From: Bacteroidales bacterium
Lineage (GTDB): Bacteria > Bacteroidota > Bacteroidia > Bacteroidales > FEN-979
Assembly: GCA_016783905.1 (NCBI GenBank)
Contig: JADHVQ010000003.1
Location: 1 to 63,568 of the forward strand
Direction of reading: 5' to 3'
Length of the DNA stretch: 63,568 bases
Shown: positions 60,914 to 63,568 of the stretch, piece by piece
How the letters are laid out: each line of letters opens with the position of its first letter
How positions within the stretch are numbered: the stretch's first letter is position 1
Notes under the pieces: generated by a model
The model's input: only the letters and a program-made list of their open reading frames with translations
Database searches by the model: none
What the model was told of the DNA's origin: nothing
Position numbers and translations under genes: made by a program

Positions 60914-62128
60914 ATGGGAGAACTTGTATCTGCAGGAAACAAAGGAAAAGGAGTGCGTTCCGATTGTTTCGTTTCACTTGAACTGACATCCGGGGGGGGC
61001 ATCCTGCTGGAGCTGGATTCCAAGGTAGCTGTGATGTACGGAAACGATATCCGGAAGGAGATCCATGCTATTCTCGATCACTATGCCATCCGGGATGCCG
61101 TGATCAGGGTCGAAGACTCCGGGGCATTGCCCCTGGTGGTAGCGGCACGGTTGGAAGCAGCCATTAACAAAGCAATGCAAAGCAAAAAAGAGTTTCTCCT
61201 CCCCATGCTGGATGAGAACCAGTACACGACAGCCATAGACCGCAACCGCTTCTCCCGCCTCTACCTCCCGGGGAATACCCCTTCCCTGATGATCAATGCA
61301 GGCATCCACCATCCCGATGGCATCATCCTCGACCTGGAAGATGCAGTGGCCCCGGATAAAAAGGACGAGGCCCGGTACCTGGTAAGGAATGCACTGCGTG
61401 GCATTGACTTTTACGGGGCGGAACGGATGGTCAGGATCAACCAGGGAGAGAGAGGTCTGGCCGACCTCGATTTTATCGTTCCACACAACGTGAACCTCAT
61501 TCTCATTCCTAAATGCGAACACCCTGAGCAGATTCTCGCTGTAAATGCGCGGATCCATGAGATCCAGCAACAGATCAAACTGCTAAATCCCATCTGGTTG
61601 ATGCCTATCATTGAAAATGCCCTGGGTGTGATTTACGCCTATTCTATTGCCACTGCAGCGGAGAATGTGGTTTCCCTGGCCATCGGATTGGAGGATTACA
61701 CAGCTGATCTGGGAATCCGCAGAACCACAGAGGGATCAGAGAGTTTTTTTGCACGTAGCATGATCGTCAATGCAGCACGTGCCGCCGGGATCCAACCCAT
61801 CGACTCGGTATTCTCAGATGTCGCCGACATGGACGGTCTGCGCGAAAACGTGCGTCGTTCCAAAGCCTTGGGATTCGATGGCATGGGGTGTATCCATCCC
61901 CGCCAGATTCCTGTGATCCATGAGACCTTCGCTCCCACAAAGGAGGAGATCGAAAAAGCGAAAAAGATCGTGGCAGCCTTCCACGATGCCGAAACAAAAG
62001 GATTGGGTGTGGTGGCCCTTGGAAGCAAAATGATCGATCCACCGGTTGTTAAAAGAGCGCTGAATACGATTCAACTGGCTGTTAAAATGAATAAACTGGA
62101 CGAAAACTGGAGAGAAAGCAATGAGTAA
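60914..62128 (+). CDS. citE: Citrate lyase acyl-carrier (CitD)-beta subunit (CitE) fusion
   Basis: N-terminal AGNKG..RSDC...SKVAVMYG...VEDSGAL..VVAARLEAA (CitD-like); then LYLPGN, LDLEDAV, IIENALG, GLEDYTADLG, CIHPRQ, MIDPP. Confidence 0.85.
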   Translation: MGELVSAGNKGKGVRSDCFVSLELTSGGGILLELDSKVAVMYGNDIRKEIHAILDHYAIRDAVIRVEDSGALPLVVAARLEAAINKAMQSKKEFLLPMLDENQYTTAIDRNRFSRLYLPGNTPSLMINAGIHHPDGIILDLEDAVAPDKKDEARYLVRNALRGIDFYGAERMVRINQGERGLADLDFIVPHNVNLILIPKCEHPEQILAVNARIHEIQQQIKLLNPIWLMPIIENALGVIYAYSIATAAENVVSLAIGLEDYTADLGIRRTTEGSESFFARSMIVNAARAAGIQPIDSVFSDVADMDGLRENVRRSKALGFDGMGCIHPRQIPVIHETFAPTKEEIEKAKKIVAAFHDAETKGLGVVALGSKMIDPPVVKRALNTIQLAVKMNKLDENWRESNE

Positions 62129-63568
62129 GTATGATAAACTGGTAGCCAACGCAGCCGGCCGGGTGGTCCCCACCATCATCAACGGAAAACCAGCAGTTCC
62201 CTATATGGGCATCGGAAAATTTAAGCCCACCGGCAGAAAAACTGCTCCTCCCATTGTCAGTTGTGCTGATTACCCGGCCGACGGAAACAAAGTGGTCACC
62301 TCCCTGAAAGAGGCATTGATCAAGTGCAGCATCAAAGATGGCATGACCATCTCCACCCACCACCACTTCCGGGATGGTGACCTGGTCGCAGTACCGGTTT
62401 TCGATGCAGCCAAAGAGATGGGTGTGAAGGAGCTGATGTGGTTCCCCTCTGCCTCTTTCCCCTGCCATGAACCCCTGATCAACTATCTGGAAGACGGTAC
62501 CATTCACCACATCGAAGGGAGCATGAATGGCCCGCTAGGCAGGTTCACCTCGGAAGGAAGAATGAAAGGCCTTGGCGTATTACGATCCCACGGAGGCCGT
62601 TACCAGGCCGTTCAGGATGGGGATGTCCACATCGATATTGCAGTGATCGCTGCTCCTTCTGCCGACCCCTTCGGAAACGCCAACGGAGTGAACGGCCCGG
62701 CTGCCTGCGGACTTCTTGGCTTTGCCCTGGCCGACTCTCAATACGCTGATAAGGTAATCATAGTAACCGATAACCTCGTTCCCTTTCCTTGCATCCCCTG
62801 GCAGATACATGGGAATTATGTTGACTTTGTGGTGGTGTTGGATCAGATTGGAATCCCCGAAAAGATCATATCAGGAACCACGGAGATCACCAAAAGCCCT
62901 GACCGGCTGCTGCTCGCTGAATGGAGCGCCCGGTTCTGCGATGAAGCCGGCCTGATTTACAACGGATTCTCGTTCCAGGCAGGAGCAGGGGGAACCTCGC
63001 TCTCCATCGGGATCTACTTTGCCGATATCCTGCGGGAACGGGGTTGGAAAGCTCGTTTCGCCCGGGGCGGAAGTAATAAATACATGGTGCAGATGCTGGA
63101 AGAGGGACTGACCGACTACATCCTCGACGGGCAAACCTTCGACCTGGATGGGGTGCGCTCTATGCGCGACAACCCGGCACACGTCAACACCAGCCCCTTC
63201 ACCAGTTATAACTATCACGGGAAAGGGAATTTCTCTACCCTGGTCGATGTGGTGATCCTCGGCGCCACCGAGGTGGACGTGAATTTCAACGCGAACGTGG
63301 TAACCCACTCCGATGGGTTGCTCCTTCACGGCATCGGGGGATGGCAGAACTGCCTCTTCGGGAAGACGGTGATCTTGCCCATTCCGCTTTTCCGTGACCG
63401 GAACCCGGTCATCCGCGACAAAGTAACCACCCTGTGTGGCCCCGGTGAACTGATCGATGTCATCGTGACTGAGCGGGGAATAGCTATTAATCCTCGGAGA
63501 ACGGACCTCATCGAAAAAATGAAAGGCTCATCATTGCCAATAAAGACCATTCAGGAACTGAAAGAAGA
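62121..63568 (+). CDS. citF: Citrate lyase alpha subunit (partial, runs off the window)
   Basis: Read from ATG 62121: GMTISTHHHFRDGD, LRSHGGR, FQAGAGG, LGATEVDVNFNANV, VIVTERGIAINP. Not in the ORF track because it has no stop in the window. Confidence 0.9.
   Translation, partial: MSKYDKLVANAAGRVVPTIINGKPAVPYMGIGKFKPTGRKTAPPIVSCADYPADGNKVVTSLKEALIKCSIKDGMTISTHHHFRDGDLVAVPVFDAAKEMGVKELMWFPSASFPCHEPLINYLEDGTIHHIEGSMNGPLGRFTSEGRMKGLGVLRSHGGRYQAVQDGDVHIDIAVIAAPSADPFGNANGVNGPAACGLLGFALADSQYADKVIIVTDNLVPFPCIPWQIHGNYVDFVVVLDQIGIPEKIISGTTEITKSPDRLLLAEWSARFCDEAGLIYNGFSFQAGAGGTSLSIGIYFADILRERGWKARFARGGSNKYMVQMLEEGLTDYILDGQTFDLDGVRSMRDNPAHVNTSPFTSYNYHGKGNFSTLVDVVILGATEVDVNFNANVVTHSDGLLLHGIGGWQNCLFGKTVILPIPLFRDRNPVIRDKVTTLCGPGELIDVIVTERGIAINPRRTDLIEKMKGSSLPIKTIQELKE

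Noticed and set aside
60704..61023. Long overlap between the LTA synthase and citD-citE ORFs
   Set aside because: It comes from choosing the longest starts; divergent -7 boxes at about 60866-60883 support starts at 60846 (-) and 60914 (+).

Overview
A 63.6-kb chromosomal segment from a Bacteroidota, probably Bacteroidales-like, bacterium. The assignment rests on TAnnTTTG -7 promoter boxes, a Bacteroidota-type ParE, a Rho with a long N-terminal insertion and a split transketolase. Most of the window is housekeeping and envelope genes (mltG, nnr, parE, wzx/GT4, pnuC/nadR-like, kup, tkt halves, GH3-esterase, acyl-CoA synthetase, ltaE, fakA-fakB fusion, namZ, lolE-like, cysH, mpl, rho, rmuC, rlmB, argF, mscS, citD-citE fusion, citF). 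There are two accessory regions. (1) A low-GC defence island at about 23.6-32.0 kb: XRE regulator, a decayed PLD-SNF2 helicase, a type IIG-like N6-adenine methyltransferase, and an intact ABC-ATPase plus TOPRIM-like (DUF4276-like) pair. (2) A locus at about 45.2-49.0 kb: a broken PKD/Ig-FISUMP surface-protein gene whose 3' end is duplicated on the far side of a DUF4258/DUF2283 toxin-antitoxin-like pair. The most striking pattern outside the gene calls is a dense set of degenerate 7-10-nt tandem arrays, more than a dozen from several sequence families. They sit at gene junctions, bracket accessory segments and in places lie inside coding sequence. I saw no rRNA, tRNA, CRISPR array, integrase, transposase or reverse transcriptase. 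All family assignments come from recognising motifs by eye; no database searches were run.
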